Below are positions 39,291 through 55,715 of a DNA stretch of 64,000 bases, piece by piece; the stretch's first letter is position 1, and each line of letters starts with the position of its first letter. A program made the translations under genes and the position numbers. This DNA is from the human T2T-CHM13v2.0 reference genome, Homo sapiens, in assembly GCF_009914755.1 (NCBI RefSeq), contig NC_060942.1. One strand, written 5' to 3'. The notes under the pieces were generated by a model. It saw only the letters and a program-made list of their open reading frames with translations, had not been told where the DNA came from and did not search any database.

Positions 39291-40072
39291 ATGAATATCT
39301 TAAGGTTTGAGATATATTTATTTAAAGAAGATATAATAAAAGGACCATTAGGAGACAGGAAACTGTGGATGAAAAGAATTATCCTTTCTTAAATATTTGC
39401 TAAGCATTGTATTAGGCTCAAGGCATGCATTATTTCACTTAAAGGAAGAATGCTATTAAGAGTCGGGGTGGAAAGCAAATAAAAGAAGGAGGAAAGAAAA
39501 AAAGTGAAAGGTCCTGACAGAGCGTTCTGGAATGTCACATTCATCACTGCAAGGGTCAGCCTACAAGAGAAGCTCAGGCCTGACTGAGGAAGCGATTTCT
39601 AGGGCAGGAAAAGCAGCAGCCTTCTAATGAAAACTTGGCTAGTGTGTTTATTAATTTATTTCCTTCACATGTTTACTTTTATTTTTAGAATAACTGATAT
39701 ACTTGGAATCCTAATATATCATCCCTTCGGGAATTAAAGCCTGTAGCTTCCTGTCTTCAAGGCTCTGATTAAATTTAAACGAAGTTCATTGTCATGTCTT
39801 GTCCATGTGTCTGCGACCTGGAGTCCTGGCCCGTTAGTCTCTCTCCCCATTACTGCTGCCCTGAAGGGCTCCTTCAGCATGCAGCAGGGAAGCGGGGCTT
39901 GGTAAAAACAGTCCAGGGCCACTGGTGGGGTCAGGTCCATGGAGGGAGTAGGATGTATGCCAGCCACCCTAGCCTCTCCATGGCAACCCCACTGTGGAGA
40001 AGTGGATGGGACCCCCAGCCCACTCTTCACCCCTAGTGCCTCCTGTCTGATTTCATATTTAATGCTGGGGAG

Positions 40073-40517
40073 TGCATCCGTTTCCTAGGACCGCTGTAAC
40101 AAAGTACCAAATACTAGTGGCTTCAACAATAAAATGTTTTATTGCAACAGAGGCTAGAGCCTGAGATCAAGGTTCGTCTGGGTTGGTTCCTCCTGAGGCC
40201 TGAGAAAGAATCGGTTCCATGTTTCTTCCCCTCGTTTCTGGTGCTTTGCTGCCAGTCACTGGCCTTCCTAGGCTTGGAGAATCATCACTCCAACCACTGC
40301 CTTCTTCCTCACATAGCCTTCTCCCTCTGCGCATGTCTGTGTCCGGATTTCCCTGTTTTATAAAGACACCACTCATAACTGGATTGGGACCTACCCTCCC
40401 TAATGACCTTAACTTAACTAATTACACCTACAATGACCTTATTTGCATATTGGGCCTCATTCAAAGGTACTGGGACTTCAACCTATGATTTTCGGGGGAC
40501 TCATTCAACCCATAACA
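40073..40517 (-). mobile_element. MLT1C-type MaLR LTR
   Basis: 'tttcctaggaccgctgtaacaaagtacca' ... 'attcaacccataaca'; TSD gggag / gggaa. Confidence 0.85.
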
Positions 40518-41689
40518 GGGAAGAAGTCACTTGTAGATGCTAGAGAAAAAATAGAAGTTGCAACCCTGAGAAGAGTGACTAGGGTTGAGGTTCACCGCAG
40601 TTCTGAATTATTCCAGGAGAAAAATACCAATATCTGGGAGTGAGAAACAATTCAGAAGCTCCCCGGAGCTCCTGCACAGTCCAGGGGCATTGGGAGAGCC
40701 TTCCAGGAATGAGCACTGTCTCACCGCGCAGCCACAGGGCTGTCTCTGGTGCTGAAATGCCCTGGCCTCCCTTGCCTAGCCCACCTTCCCCTAAGAAGGC
40801 ACGACAGCCACCATTCCTGCACCCAGAACAAACTCATGAAGGGGCTGAGTGCTGCTCTTCTGAGAGCTGATACGGCAATTCCTCCACCCCAGGTGGTTGT
40901 CAGCTGGGAGGAGGCATCGCCAACAGCCTGCTTCGTGTTTATTTTGGCCAGCTCTGTAACACATCTCTTACTTCTAGCTATTTGTCTTAAAGGAATGGAT
41001 AGGCGCTTCCACATCAAGCCACAAAAAAATTCGTCTCTAGTCATTACGTATTTATTTTTAGGCCTTTTGAAGTGAACTCTCTTCTCCATCAGATGCCCCT
41101 AACTAGTCGGAAACTGGGTCCCTGCCTGCACTCTGTGAATTCCTTCCGGAGCACTCCTTTTGGTTGCTTCCAAGCAGAGCTGAGGGAGGCGCCTGGGCAG
41201 TAAGACAAACAGACCTGGGTGGGCTCCAAGCCCTCTGGCAGCGCTCTCCCAGCCTCCCTGCTTTCTGAGCTATCACAAACTCTTCCAAAATCATCCCAGC
41301 CTGCTGTCATAACACAGACCCAGCTCGCTACTCACTCAAAAGTACAGCATCTAGACATGCTTCGTGCAGCCCAGAGAATCCCTAGCAGCCAGGAGAACCA
41401 CATGGGATATTCTTACATCTCACTCCTGACTTTGGGCCAGAACGTGCCTATATTAATATTTCAATTACTACATGCAGTTATCCTACTGCACATCTATAGC
41501 TATGCCCAGGGCAGAGAGTGTTTGACCTATAAACCTAGTTCATGGGTTCCCATTCACATTTCTAAGCCAGACTCTCTTAATTTTGAATTTGAGAGCGTTC
41601 AATAGGGAACAGGGCCAAAGTTTATCTTTCAGATCCTACCTAAAACTTTAGTAATACAAATTGATAATGCCAACAAGATGTAAACTGTT

Positions 41690-42139
41690 TGGATTCATTT
41701 CTTAAGATTTTCGAAACAAAGTACCATATACTGGGTGACTTAAAACAACAGAAATTTAGTCTCTCACAGATCTAGAGACTGAAAGTCCAAAATCAAGGTG
41801 ACGGTAGGGCCGTGCTCCCTCTCAACTGGAGTGGGGAAGACTTCCTTGCCTCCCTCACTTCTGGTGGTGGCTGTAGAGCCTCAGTGTTCCTTGGCTGGAA
41901 GCTGCACTGCTCCAGTCTCTGCTTTGCTATCACATGGCATGCCCCACTCTCTGTTTCTGGGCCCAAATTTCCCTCTTCTTATAAGGACACCAGTTATATT
42001 GAATTAGGGCACACCCTAATGGCCTATCTTAACTCAATTACATTTACAAAGATCCTACTTCCAAATAAGATTATATTTATAGGTACTAGGGTTTAAGACT
42101 TAATACATCCATTGGGTGGACACAATTCAACCCATAACA
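41690..42139 (-). mobile_element. MLT1C-type MaLR LTR
   Basis: 'acaaagtacca...ttaaaacaacagaaattt' ... 'ggacacaattcaacccataaca'; TSD ctgtt / ctatt. Confidence 0.85.
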
Positions 42140-42466
42140 CTATTTGTCAGTAAGAAGATGATCACTTCCAAAAACACACATTTAAATACTGACAGTAGGC
42201 ATGCAAACTAAAAACAACTGGGCTCAGATGACCCCAATGGCTTCCTGTTATCTACATAATATAGACATAGCAGTGTCTATGCACCTCATCATTCTCATCT
42301 TCTGGATCTAGCTGATGTGAAATCTTATCATTTTTGTGAGCACCTATTAGGCTTTTCTACCTCTGAGACCCATTCCTTGGAAGGTATTTTTGTTTTTGTT
42401 TTTGTTTTTCTGTTTTGTTTTCACACACCAACATCTTTTGAGATCTCATTCAAATAATATTTCTCA

Positions 42467-42791
42467 GCTCACACCTGTAATCCTAGCACTTTGGGAGGTT
42501 GAGGCAGGTGGATTGCCTGAGTTCAGGAGTTCAAGACTGAACTGGCCAACATGGTGAAACCCTGTCTCTACTTAAAATAGAAAAATAAACAAATAAATAA
42601 GTTAGCCAGGCAAGGTGGTGCACATCTGTAGTCCCAACTACTCAGGAGACTGAGGCACAAGAATCCCTTGAACCCAGGAGGCGGAGGTTGCAGTGAGCCA
42701 AGATCACATCACTGCACTCTAGCCTGAGTGACAGAGCAAGACTCTGTCTCAAAAAAAAAAAAAAAGAAAGAAAGAAAGAAAGAAAGAAAAG
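42467..42791 (+). mobile_element. AluS, slightly 5'-truncated, A/(GAAA)n tail
   Basis: TSD aaataatatttc (42452-42463) / aaatagtatttc (42792-42803). Confidence 0.94.
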
Positions 42792-43019
42792 AAATAGTAT
42801 TTCAGCTTAAGCAGTTAGAGTGTCTTTACGTATGCTGAACCTCAGTTATCCAGGTATTACTATAGAGCACAACCCAAAATAAGAAGGGGAAAAGACCATT
42901 TAGTAAAAACCACTCTAGGTATTAAAAAAAACCCTCCATTTTTATGAGCTGTTCTAATAAGTTTGGGCAATTGGTTTTCTATATCTCAACAAAATGAAAG
43001 AATCAAATTTAAAAAGGCC

Positions 43020-44590
<1,571 letters not shown>

Positions 44591-47479
44591 GGAAACTGCA
44601 CTGAGCAGCTAGAGATATGACTTTCCTGGTGGTTGTTGATAGCTGATAGGCTAAATGAGAAAGAGGATACTACAGCCATCCTGGACTGCAAAGTGAAAAA
44701 TTAAGCAGCCCAACACATCCCCACAATCCTGTGGTCATCCTTGCATTCCCGCACAGTGAAGACATGCTGCATGCTAATTCAGTAGTAATGGTAGCTACAT
44801 TGTTTCAGCATGGAATTTTTATTTTCTGAAAAATAAATGTATGTATGTGTGCATGTGTATGTTTCAGGATTTCATTGATTCACTTATGTGCCTTTAGAGC
44901 CAGAATTTCCATAGGACAATTTGTGACAATAGATCCTTAGGCCAAGATGTCAAGGTACTAACTCAGTGTGATTTATACCACCAATCTGGGAGAAAGGAAG
45001 TCATAAGCCAAAGAAAACTCTAGGTCAGAGGCAGGAGACTCTGGTCACCTGAATTGATTGCATGGACTCAAGGGTGAAGCACACAAAAGGCTGTAAGAAA
45101 AGTGTCCCAAATGGGAGCACATGAAACCAGAGGATGTGCAGCCATGGCCAGAGTCAGTCCTGGAGCAACTCTTTCCTTCTTCCCTGAGCCACCTGGTTTG
45201 CTCTCACTAGACTGACAATGGGATTGGTTTTGTTTTTGTTTTTTGATTTTTTAATAAATGGCAGTCTCCTGCCAGACTGGCCTGGAGGAACACAATAAAT
45301 GTTTTTTTTAGCCAATTTCTATGCCAAATGACTAATATTAATATTTTTAACTCATAATAGGATACACTTCATTTCTTGACAAAACTACTTATGAGGAATA
45401 GCTCAGTTACTGAGAAATCCAGATAATTGATATGTTTCTGTCTCTGCCTTGTCATTTCTATAATGGCAGGATAATGAAGTATTATTTAGCTTAACACAAT
45501 CACTTGAGCTTCTCTATGGTCTTGGAAGGAATAGACACAAGCTAGGAACCTTTTTAAAGTATAATCAGTTTCTTATACAAGATTATATAAATAAAAAGTG
45601 GAATTAATTTAAATGACAAGTGACCCATTATTTATCTTCATTATGTCCTAGGACTGGTGGTTCCATGGAAATGAGTCAACCAAGAACATTTCGTTATTAT
45701 AGAGACTGAGAGAATTTAGAGTAGATCTATATAAAATAATCTTTTAAATAAGATTAGGGTTAAAGTGCATTATGAAGCTTTATATATTTCATAAGACAGT
45801 AAAACTCAGTTAAGTGGGAGAAAAAAATAAAAGTAAATAACATTTAATAGGACAAGGATAGTAAGTCAGAGTGGACTTTTCATTGACTCACATGAGGTCT
45901 CTGTTTCAACTCCACCATCTGGCATTTTGCATTTGTCTCTCTGCAACATACTTTCTAAAGGAGTGGACTGATTTTTAACCAAATTCAATACCCTCCCTAA
46001 GGAAGAGTAATGAGATACAACTCCAATCCCTTTTGCAGCTCAGTTCTTTTCTTGCAACAGCTGATAAAATCCTGTAAAACAATCTTATAAAGAAATTGTA
46101 CCAATTTGTTTTGCAAATAACTGCTTAATATTAATATTAACAATATTAATATGTGTGTGAAATATTATGTGTATGACTGTGGCTTATTTGCAAATTAGGT
46201 TTACTACTGTATCTGTGAACTGGGAATCTCACTTGGAGTAAGTACATTCTGTATTTTAGCAGCCCTTTCCACATGATTAGGGACAAATCTGTTGAAACAA
46301 ACAAAGAAATAACAACTTTAAAACTTGCCAGACAATTGGAGGAATGTAGATTTCAGCTATGGGACAGGATTCCCAAAGGGTTAGTGATTTCTCCATAACT
46401 AGATGATTCTTTATAACTAATGGTTGGGAGAACTAGTGAAAATTAAAGCAGAAAAAGTGAGTTGTACCTATTGGAAAATCAGAGTTTCAAGAAGATAAAT
46501 AAATGAATGAAAGTACTGGTGATTAATCTATACCAACAACAATGAAGCAATTGATAATGAAACATTTCAGGCTCTTTAACCAAGTTATCAAATAAAATCC
46601 TTCTCCAAGAGGTCCATTAGTTAGGATGCAGCCTTCATGTGGTCCAGTGGGATTGTTGAGTGGGAGCATAACTTGTGTTCTCTACAGAGATAGAAATAGT
46701 TACACTTTTCAGGTCCAGGGTCATAGCAAAGGAAAGAAATAGTCATCAAACATGTCTTCAAAATGAATGTAAATTCCAGGAAGTGTAAGCTACAAATTGT
46801 GAGGCATGAAATTGCAAAGGGAAAGTTACTGCAAGGGAAGAAAGGTGTTGATTGTTCGAGACTATAAACTGCGGTGCAGTCATGTTAATTAGGGGTTTCC
46901 ACTAAATTTTCTGGGTTATTTTGAAAATGTGCAAATGTGGCACAGTATACCAGTTTGATCTTTTAAACTGAATCCTAGAATTAGAATAGTAAACCCAGTG
47001 AACATAATGCATCTGAATTTAATAAAACACCCAAAAGTAAAGTGTTTCCCTAAGATGTGATTCGAAGAATTGGATTGAATTGGGTGGGATGGAGGCCAGT
47101 CACAGAAGTGGAACTTTGGCCAGCGGTCCACATGCAGTGGGGAATGTAACCACCCACTGTGAGGAAGTGGGGAACAGCAGAATAGGGTGAAGGGCTGTTT
47201 ACACCCAAATATTCAGGAGTGGTTTTGAAAGGTTCCAAAAGTATATATATGTAAAATAATTACCCATAGAATGCAAAATGGGAACAGAAAGCTGTTAGTT
47301 CCTTAGGGATGGCAACAAATTTACACATTCCTTCTGGACAGGGCTATGGAAAAGATGCAAATTCTATATTTTAACTTAATCTATCCTTAGCCACATCACC
47401 CCAGTTCTGTATTCTTTGAGTGCTTCCAACAGCCTATCTTATTATTTATACTTTGAACCATGCCAGTTTACATTTAATA

Positions 47480-47680
47480 TTATTATCTCATATGTATTGA
47501 GTGCTTACACATACAGGGCATTTTAAACTTATTTAATACTTACTATAGCACTATGAACTAGGGATTATTATACTTAACTGGTTGAGGAACAGGGGCTTCA
47601 AGACATGAACTGTCCACAATCACACAACAGGTACTACTCAAACCCCAGCAGTCAGCCTCCAGAGGCAAGACCCTTACCCA
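47480..47680 (-). mobile_element. MIR
   Basis: 'tattgagtgcttac', 'gttgaggaacaggggct' and 'actcaaaccccagcagtcagcctccagag'. Confidence 0.7.
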
Positions 47681-50600
47681 AAACTTCCCCTCATTCTATT
47701 ATCTCATTATTCCATGTATCTAGTGTTTTTTTTAACATTTAGATAGTAGTAAAATTGTTATCTATCTTGTCCCTGTCCTCTTTCATGTAGGACAAGCCAC
47801 AGATATTTCAAAAGAACCCTCAGGCAGAATGTATTCTCTTATTAAATGAATGTGAGGGATCTGCCTGCTCTTGAAACCAAGTTCTGGGGTAAGGGGGAGG
47901 AAGCAGGCTTGAAGAAGCACCTAACGCTTTCTTAAGCACTGTTGGACTCATCTGTGAAGGGCAAATACCTTCCAGGGATATTGGAAATCCTGTGGGCGTG
48001 AAGGGCCGAAAGAGCCAAAGAGGGGATGTGGGCTTAAAAGAGCCTTTGGAATAAAGCTCTTCTCTTCAATAAAACCAACATGACATAAATTGGTTCTTTG
48101 GATCAAACTTCAAAATGGAGCATTCAGCAATGTCTCTGATCTTTGTAACATGTTTGAGTTTTCAGCTGTCACTCCGTGTTCAGCTGCTGAGGTCTCCAAA
48201 TGTGATTGGGTTTTTGCCAGAAAATAATTGTGCAGGTCCATTCATAGCTTCTTTCCAAGTGAGCTCTCTGTTCACAGGAGAGGCATGTTGTTTCTAAATA
48301 AAGTCTCCATCTTATTAAATTCTTTAGCCTATGGTTGTTGGTTTTGGGAGGGTTCTTTTTCCTAAGTGGAAAAAAAAAAAACAAAAAACAAAAAAACTCA
48401 AGATTTCTAATTCCTAGAAAAAAAATCCTTGCTCCTGACTATCCAGGATTCTGTGCCCATGTTTTCTAGTTGAGACCATGAGGGGAGTTGAAAACCCCCA
48501 GATGAGGCTGTTAGCTATAATAGCATTGAATACCTTATTGGCTTTAAATTCCTTTTGGAACCAGCTCTAATCAACTTTCCGAGGATAGGCTTTCCTATAT
48601 TCCTGAAGTTTAAGAACATGTTATTTTACCTAATTTAAGCAAGAATCCCATAAAAGCCAATATGGCAATATGCTCTCCAAATGGTTTATTGACCTCAGCA
48701 ACTTTGGGATTATCTACATGTTCCAAGAGCCAATAAAATACTGAATAGAGAATATTAAAGTAAACTGATTAGAGAGACAGTGAAATTTTCTTCTACACCC
48801 CAAATTATTTCTTTTACAAGTCAACTCCAGAATGTATGAACAGAGATTTATTTCTTCAAAGAAAAAGAATTTTCTAAGTGCAGCTCCCCCCAGGAGGGAT
48901 TAAAAGGCTTTTAATTGTTATTAATAATAACTTAATGTGAACGAATTGTGGGCAATGGAGAAAGTTCGCGTAGGAAAGAAAAAGAGAAAAGATCCTAATG
49001 CATTTCCCTAGCAGTTACGGCAGAGTAGATTATAGGTCTCTTGGAAGATGTGTTTAAGTGGTATTTAAGATGAGAGATAGTAAAAGGTACCACTAAAGGA
49101 AAAGCACCAGTAAAATAGGCAATTTGCCTATTGCACAATTTTAGGTCACTCTTCAAACAAGACCATTGGTGTCATTCACTTAACTACCAGGAAGCCTGTA
49201 TACGTCTACAGTTTCAGTGATGACAACTGCAGAATTTGAAAGTGACCAAAGAAGTTAGGCTATATTTGCTGGTTAATTTGCAAATACTTGAGTGCCCTGC
49301 AACACCACAAATTCTAAAGGTGAGTCACAGAGGCTCTGAAGTCAAATCTTGAATAGCCTTGCAATTGCCCATGCAGTGCCAGGCTGGAGTTTCTCCACTA
49401 ATCAAGGGAGTTGAATGGGAACAGAGCACACTAACGTTTGGCCAAGGTACAAGCATGTTTACTTTATGATTTTATCCACCTCATAGAAAACCTTCCTGAA
49501 TTTATAAAGGACAGACAGAAGAATTACTGGTAATATCTTCCCTTCCTCATAAATCCATGGATAATCTCCAATTCTATTTTCTTTGGGATGGAGTTCCTGG
49601 GTCAAGGGTAATGAATGCAATTAAGGAAATATTCCAACTTCTGAAGCATCCGGAAGAAATAAAAAAGAGCTGAAGAGTCATTTGTTGATTATGTATTTTC
49701 TATTTCAATCTTTCTCACATATCCGCCTCTTAGCTCACTCCCTGCCGTTTTAGTGTGGTTATCAAAAGCAGAGTTTGCAGGATTCAAGCCCAGCCAAAGC
49801 AAACAGACCAAAAATTTAGGAAATGATTTATCTTAATCCAAGGGTGGTAATCCAATTTATTTGACTCAAGTGCTTTAAATTTCATCAGCTAAACCAGCAG
49901 CATTAGAGTTTGTCAAAATGATATTTAGTGAAAGCAGTCCCTGCAGTGTTGGCCACTTGTGAACAGAATGATTTTCATCTTTGAAATACACATGCTATTC
50001 TACCTTTTCATGCTTGTGGCTAGCAAGCAAGGCTGGTGATAAAGAGGTTGAAGCCAACTGAGAGAGTTGTCTTTCACTGTAATGTTCTGCATCCCCAGCC
50101 CCAACCAGTCACCTCATAAATGTAGTCACTAATGAAAAGGGAGTGAGGGATGGTGGGTGAATTGATGCATGTCTATCTTCAGAAGTAGAAAACTCCCAGG
50201 CCAGGGTGCAATGCACTTTCCACAAAGATAGTATAATATTTAAATGGAAGGGGAGATTGCTTGGTCCTTGTCCCTGATATTAAGCAATACGGAATCTATT
50301 AAGTATCTTACTTCTCATCCACAATACAGAAAAAAAATTGAGATCGTGTCCCAGATCTTACAGATTGTTCATCTGTTTGTACTTATGGAAAACTACTTTC
50401 ATGGCTTTGAAAAGTAACAACATAAATAAAGTAGCATCAAATAGGGCAAAACAGCTCTAATTTAGGAATCCATTGACCTGAGTTCTAATACAGCTCTGCC
50501 TCTAATTATAGATAGCTTCCATGATTAAGCCCCCTTACTTCTCAGAGTCCAGGTATCAAATAGATTCCTGAAGTCCTCATAATGACACTTCCAGCGTTAA

Positions 50601-50789
50601 TTAAAGCAATTTCTTTATGTTCAATGCATACCACTAGATTTCTATTACTATCATGTTTAAGAAGTCAAATTAATTTCTATGGTGGTCAAAAATACAGAAT
50701 TTAAGCATTCCCTAGCCCACAATGGCATGGCCAATGGTGCCAGAGCAGTGGTGAATTAATTTGGCTTTATTATTTACCCCCATTCTTCT

Positions 50790-50998
50790 ACACCTTGGCC
50801 CATTGGCCAAACCGGTCCACTTCCTGTTTTACTCAATAAAGTTTTATTGGAACACAGCCATGCTCATTCTTTATGGATTGTCTATGGCTGCATTCCCATA
50901 ACAACAGCAGAGTTAAGTAGTTGCGACAGAGACTGTATGGCCGCAAAGCCAAAAATATTTACCATCTGGTTCTTTGCAGAAAATGTTGGCTGGCCCTG
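50790..50998 (+). mobile_element. MER58A
   Basis: 'aataaagttttattggaacacagccatgctcattc...gcagagttaagtagttgcgacagagac'. Confidence 0.88.
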
Positions 50999-51920
50999 TT
51001 CTACACTTTTAAATCTATGTTCACTATCTTTCCATTGGAATATATGCTGCTCCTCTTATTTTTACTTAGACTTTTGGTTTCCTATCTAACCAAAATATTT
51101 GACCTCACCAATGTTTCCAACTCTTTCTAGCATTTTTATCCTAGTTTTCCTTGTTTTCATATTCATTATAGGGTCATCCTTTATTTGTTCATACAATCCT
51201 TTTTTTTCAGCCGAGACTCATTTGTCAATTTAATATCAAGCAATGTTCCTCTCTTTTAAACCTTTAAAACCCTCTTGGAAAGTTGGTCCTGATGAAGGAT
51301 TTTAATGACAATGACTGCTAGTTTAATGCATCCTTAATCTGTGCTGCATTACTTCCTAGGGCATTTGTGATGATAGATTGAAAATTGTTCAGGGTCAGAG
51401 ACTAGGTCCTTTGTTTGTTACATTACAATACAGAACAGCCTAGAATCCACAGTATTCACAATGATCTGTAAATTACTTTTGCTTTCTGTCGTGAACAGTT
51501 CTCCATGAGTTCTCTTACTGGTCCCCAAACTTGGCCTATCCAAAAACATTTTCAGTTCTAAGCAAACACAGTCTTAACACAAGTTTGAATGTGTTGCCTC
51601 AAAAATTTGGTAGACTTCTTTTACAGAGCTTTACAGAATAATCATTGTACACAAGTCTATGAAAGAGTCTTGTTCTCAGTTGACAAATGAGGAAACTTTA
51701 AAAGTTTTGGTCTTTACTAGGACACTTGGTAACCTCTAGTTTATCAGATGTAATTTGGTCATAAAGCATGACTCATAGCAGCTTTCAATTTGATAAAAGA
51801 AGATAACCAAGATTGACTTAAAACATTGCAGAAGAATGCAAATGTAGTTGGAAACATAATCTACCATTGCATCATTCATCACTGTTGTTAGTCTGACTGT
51901 CTTGATGCCAAAGATACACA

Positions 51921-52271
51921 CAGTAGTTCCCCCTTATCTGCAGGGGATATGTTCCAAGACCCCCTAGTAAATGCCTGAAACTAAAGATAGTACCAAATCT
52001 TATATATACTATATTTCTTCGATCTGGTAACTGAGACAGCTACTAAGTGGCTAATGAGCAGATAGGATACACAGCATGGATCTGCTAAACAAAGGGATGA
52101 TTCACATCCCAGGCAGAATGGAGTGGGACAGCTTGGGATCTCATCATGCACAATTTAAAACCTATGAATTGCTTATTTCTGGAATTTTCTATTTAATATA
52201 TGGAGATCGTGTTTGACTGTGGGTAATTGAAACAGTGGAAAGCAAAATCACAGATAAGGGGAGACCACTTG
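51921..52271. mobile_element. MER44A (TcMar-Tigger MITE)
   Basis: TIRs cagtagttcccccttatc / gataaggggagaccact; internal 'aaagggatgattcacatccc'. Confidence 0.88.
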
Positions 52272-52684
52272 AAAAGAAGCAACTTGCTTTTTCTCCAGCA
52301 TGTTTGAATTTGGTCCTTATGAAATTAGCTTTGGAGCTGTAGACACACTTGAAGTTTTACAAATATTCATTAAAATAGATAGACACATACAAATACCACT
52401 GACTCTACAGCTGGAGTTGTATTTCAATCATGGAGATGTTCTTCACAGGTACCTACTTTTTCTCACCTAGTGACAGAAAGGTATGCTTGTTGATGGCGGC
52501 AGGTAGTAATTATCTTTGGGAGCAGCACTGATGTATAGGAGGATTGATTCTGTAACTTTGGCCACTGTGACCGAAGGAGCTCAACAGATGATGTGACCAG
52601 ACTGACTCCAGGGTTTAATAATCAAAGAAAAGATATATTTGATATCTGATATTTTGGGCATTCTCTCACAAAAACAAAAGTTCC

Positions 52685-52993
52685 TTTTTTTTTTTTTTTT
52701 TTTTTTTTTGAGACAAAGTCTAGCTCTGTTGCCCAGGCTGAAGAATAGTGGCATGATCTCGGCTCACTGCAACCTCTCCACCTCCTGGGCTCAAGCAATT
52801 CTCCTGCCTCAGCCTCCTAAGTAGCTGGGACTACAGGTGTGTGCCACCACACTCAGCTAATTTTTGTATTTTTGGTAGAGACAGGGTTTCACCATGTTGG
52901 CCAGTCCGGTCTCAAACTCCTGAGCTCAGATGATCTGCCTGCCTTGGCCTTCCAAAGTGCTGAGATTACAGGCATGAGCCACTGTGCCCAACC
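52685..52993 (-). mobile_element. Alu (S/J)
   Basis: Antisense Alu; TSD acaaaagttc (52674-52683 / 52994-53003). Confidence 0.95.
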
Positions 52994-53384
52994 ACAAAAG
53001 TTCTTAAAAGTAGAAGTGTAATAGTCACTCCACAGTAGACATAACAAAATTCATTACAAACATCTGAGTGGGGAAAAAGGGGTAAGTAGAGATTAAAAAA
53101 AAAGAATAGGGACTGCTGATGTTGTAGAAATATCACAGAGTCTATTACTTGTGAGATATTTTTGCTGTATCTTATCCAACAAAGCAGTTACTGTATAAGT
53201 TCGAGAGATAAGAAATTCGAGAGGATATTCAATCCCAATGCCAATCTCTCCTCTACGGAGTCAAAGTGGAGAGTGAGGTAACTCATCTTTATGTGAGCAT
53301 CCAGAGGCAGCACTGAATATTTGTTTATTAGAAAGTTGTTAGATTTTTCTTTCTCCTTGGTCCAAGTTCCACCATTTATAACTA

Positions 53385-53444
53385 TACACACACACACCCA
53401 CACACACACTCACACACACACACACACACACTCACACACACACA
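53385..53444. repeat. Interrupted (CA)n microsatellite
   Basis: Directly visible. Confidence 0.95.
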
Positions 53445-53504
53445 AAACCCTCCCAATGTTTATGAGTCGGAGGTTTTAGTGAACCTCTGACTTTATGCAG
53501 AGCA

Positions 53505-54910
53505 TGGTCATTCATGATACACTGTTTCCACTTCTACTCTGAGCCACAGACTGTGCCAGGTGCTGAGGATATGAAGAAGAATATAGCATAATGCTGATTT
53601 CCAAGAGTTCGACACTAATTGCAGAGAAAGCGAACACCTAATTGCAATCAATGGAAGTGCACGCAAAGTGCTATGGGTGTATAGAAAGCAGAAAAGATTT
53701 CCTGGAAGGTGTCTCAGATAAGCTGCACCTTGAAAGATAATTAGGAATGTACTCACTGGAGAATGCAGTGAAAAGCATTTCTGGACATAAGGAACAGTAT
53801 GTGCAAGGGCATGGAGACCTAGGAGATGACACCACAAGGTGGAAGGTCAGCAGATGGCTTGAGCTGAGGTATGTGATTAGGAAGACTAAAAGCTAGGACC
53901 AACCTCAAGTAAACTGGAATGAATCAGAAAAATAAAAGTCTTTGTGCTTCTCCAAAGAAGTTTTTAATTTTGTCCACCAGACAATAGAGGTCCTTAAGCA
54001 GGGATTTACCTTGAACAACTTTACATTTTAGAAAACATTTTTAGGATAAGTAAAGAATATAACTAGAATGTAGAAAACCTAGAGAATGAGTCCAGTGAGA
54101 AGACAGACTAGTACAGATGAAGACTGATAGACTATATTGGTGGTGGGCACCAAGCTAGTAAGGAAAGAAGAGAAAAGATTCAAGAGATATTTAGGTAATA
54201 GGATCAACTGCAGCTGGGGAAGCACTGGGTGCTGGATGGTAAGGCAGACAGTGAAGCTGAGGATGACCATAGTTTCCATCTGGGGTTACTAAGTCATAGT
54301 ATAATAAAAATGGGCAATAGAAGAAAGAGGAATGAGGAAAACATTAATTGGTTTGAGGTGTTTTGAGTGAGTTGCCACTTAAGGATGTCCAGTTACAGCT
54401 GTCTAGAGTGAGTTGGAAATATGGGTCTATAACCAGCAGAGAAAAGGGTGAATATACTTATTTGAGAATTGACATTGTTTAGTGGTAGCTGAAGTCATCA
54501 GAGCAAGTAAGATCCTCAAGGAGCATGTGTAGAGAAAGAATGAGAACAAGGACTGAAAATTACAAATAAATCCCTGAGGACTATGAGCTATTGAGGAAGT
54601 GAAAAAAAAAAAAAAGAAAAAACAGAAAAAGAGAAGAGAAACATAGGGAACTTTGAAGTAACATATACTGAAGTTAGAGAGGAGAATTTTAGGATAATGT
54701 CATCCATTGTCAAGCTGTAAATGATTATATAGTTTAAATGAGACAAATACTGTAAGAAGAAAATCAAGAAGCCATTGGTTTCCACCCACAAAAATTCAGA
54801 GCAGATGATAGTGGTGTTAGAATATGATGGGGATTTGGCAGGTGGGGGGCAAGAGCCAGATTGCAGTGAATTGAAGAGGGCAGGAAATATGGGGAAATAG
54901 AGACAGGATC
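53505..54910 (-). mobile_element. L2 (about 1.4 kb, degraded)
   Basis: 'tgtgccaggtgctgaggata', 'gaacagtatgtgcaagggcatggag' and 'gagccagattgcagtg'. Confidence 0.75.
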
Positions 54911-55090
54911 TGAAGGCTCTTACATGATTTCCAGGAAGCATGTGTTTTGAGCCATGAATTCAAACACCAAACACACTACCACAAAAGGATGAAACAACAG
55001 GTACCAAGTGAAAAGAAAAAGGTCACATAGGAGTTGAGGGCTAGAGGGTAAGCTCTGTGCATCTAGAGGCCATGATTTATGTGGCCTTTG

Positions 55091-55271
55091 CAGGGCAAGC
55101 CTCATGGGTGTGCAACCTGTGCAGTCACACAGGACCATATGTTTAGAAGGGCTCCATGCTTGGTTTAATGTTCTGCTGTCAGTCACCATCTTGAAATTCT
55201 TAATGATTTTTGAACAAGACATTCCCATTTTTATTGTGCATGGGGGCCTGCAAATTATGCAGCCAGTCCTG
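55091..55271. mobile_element. MER91A (hAT-Tip100)
   Basis: cagggc...gtcctg termini; body matches recalled consensus; TSD ggcctttg (55083-55090) / ggcctctg (55272-55279). Confidence 0.88.
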
Positions 55272-55434
55272 GGCCTCTGAATCTCCTGCTTGGTCCAAAG
55301 CAAAACTGATTGGTATATAACTTAGGTGATCTACTGATCCATGGATATGAATATGTTCAAAAATTGAGCTCATTGTCTCTTTTTTATTTGTTACGCTAAG
55401 AGTACCCAGACCCAATTTTTCCTTTAACAATGAC

Positions 55435-55715
55435 ATAATAATTCATAACATGTCTTGACCAATTACTACATGCAAGACATTGTTCTATATACTTTATACC
55501 TGTTAATTTGTGTAATCATTGCAACAATCCCATGAGTAGGTATTATTGTCTCTATAATAGTAGTAGTGGTTTTTATTGTCATAAAAACACCTACTCATTT
55601 AAAGATGAACAAATGGAGGCAGAGCATAGTTAAACAACTTATACAATTCAGAAGGGGTCAATCTGGAGTTAAAACCCACACACCTAACTTCCAAGTCTGT
55701 GCACTTCACCAAACC
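55435..55715 (-). mobile_element. MIR
   Basis: 'caacaatcccatgagtaggtattattgtc' and 'gatgaacaaatggaggcagag'. Confidence 0.75.

Noticed and set aside
49114-49132. Inverted repeat AATAGGCAA-T-TTGCCTATT
   Set aside because: 9-bp arms are within chance expectation; only an imperfect NFI match
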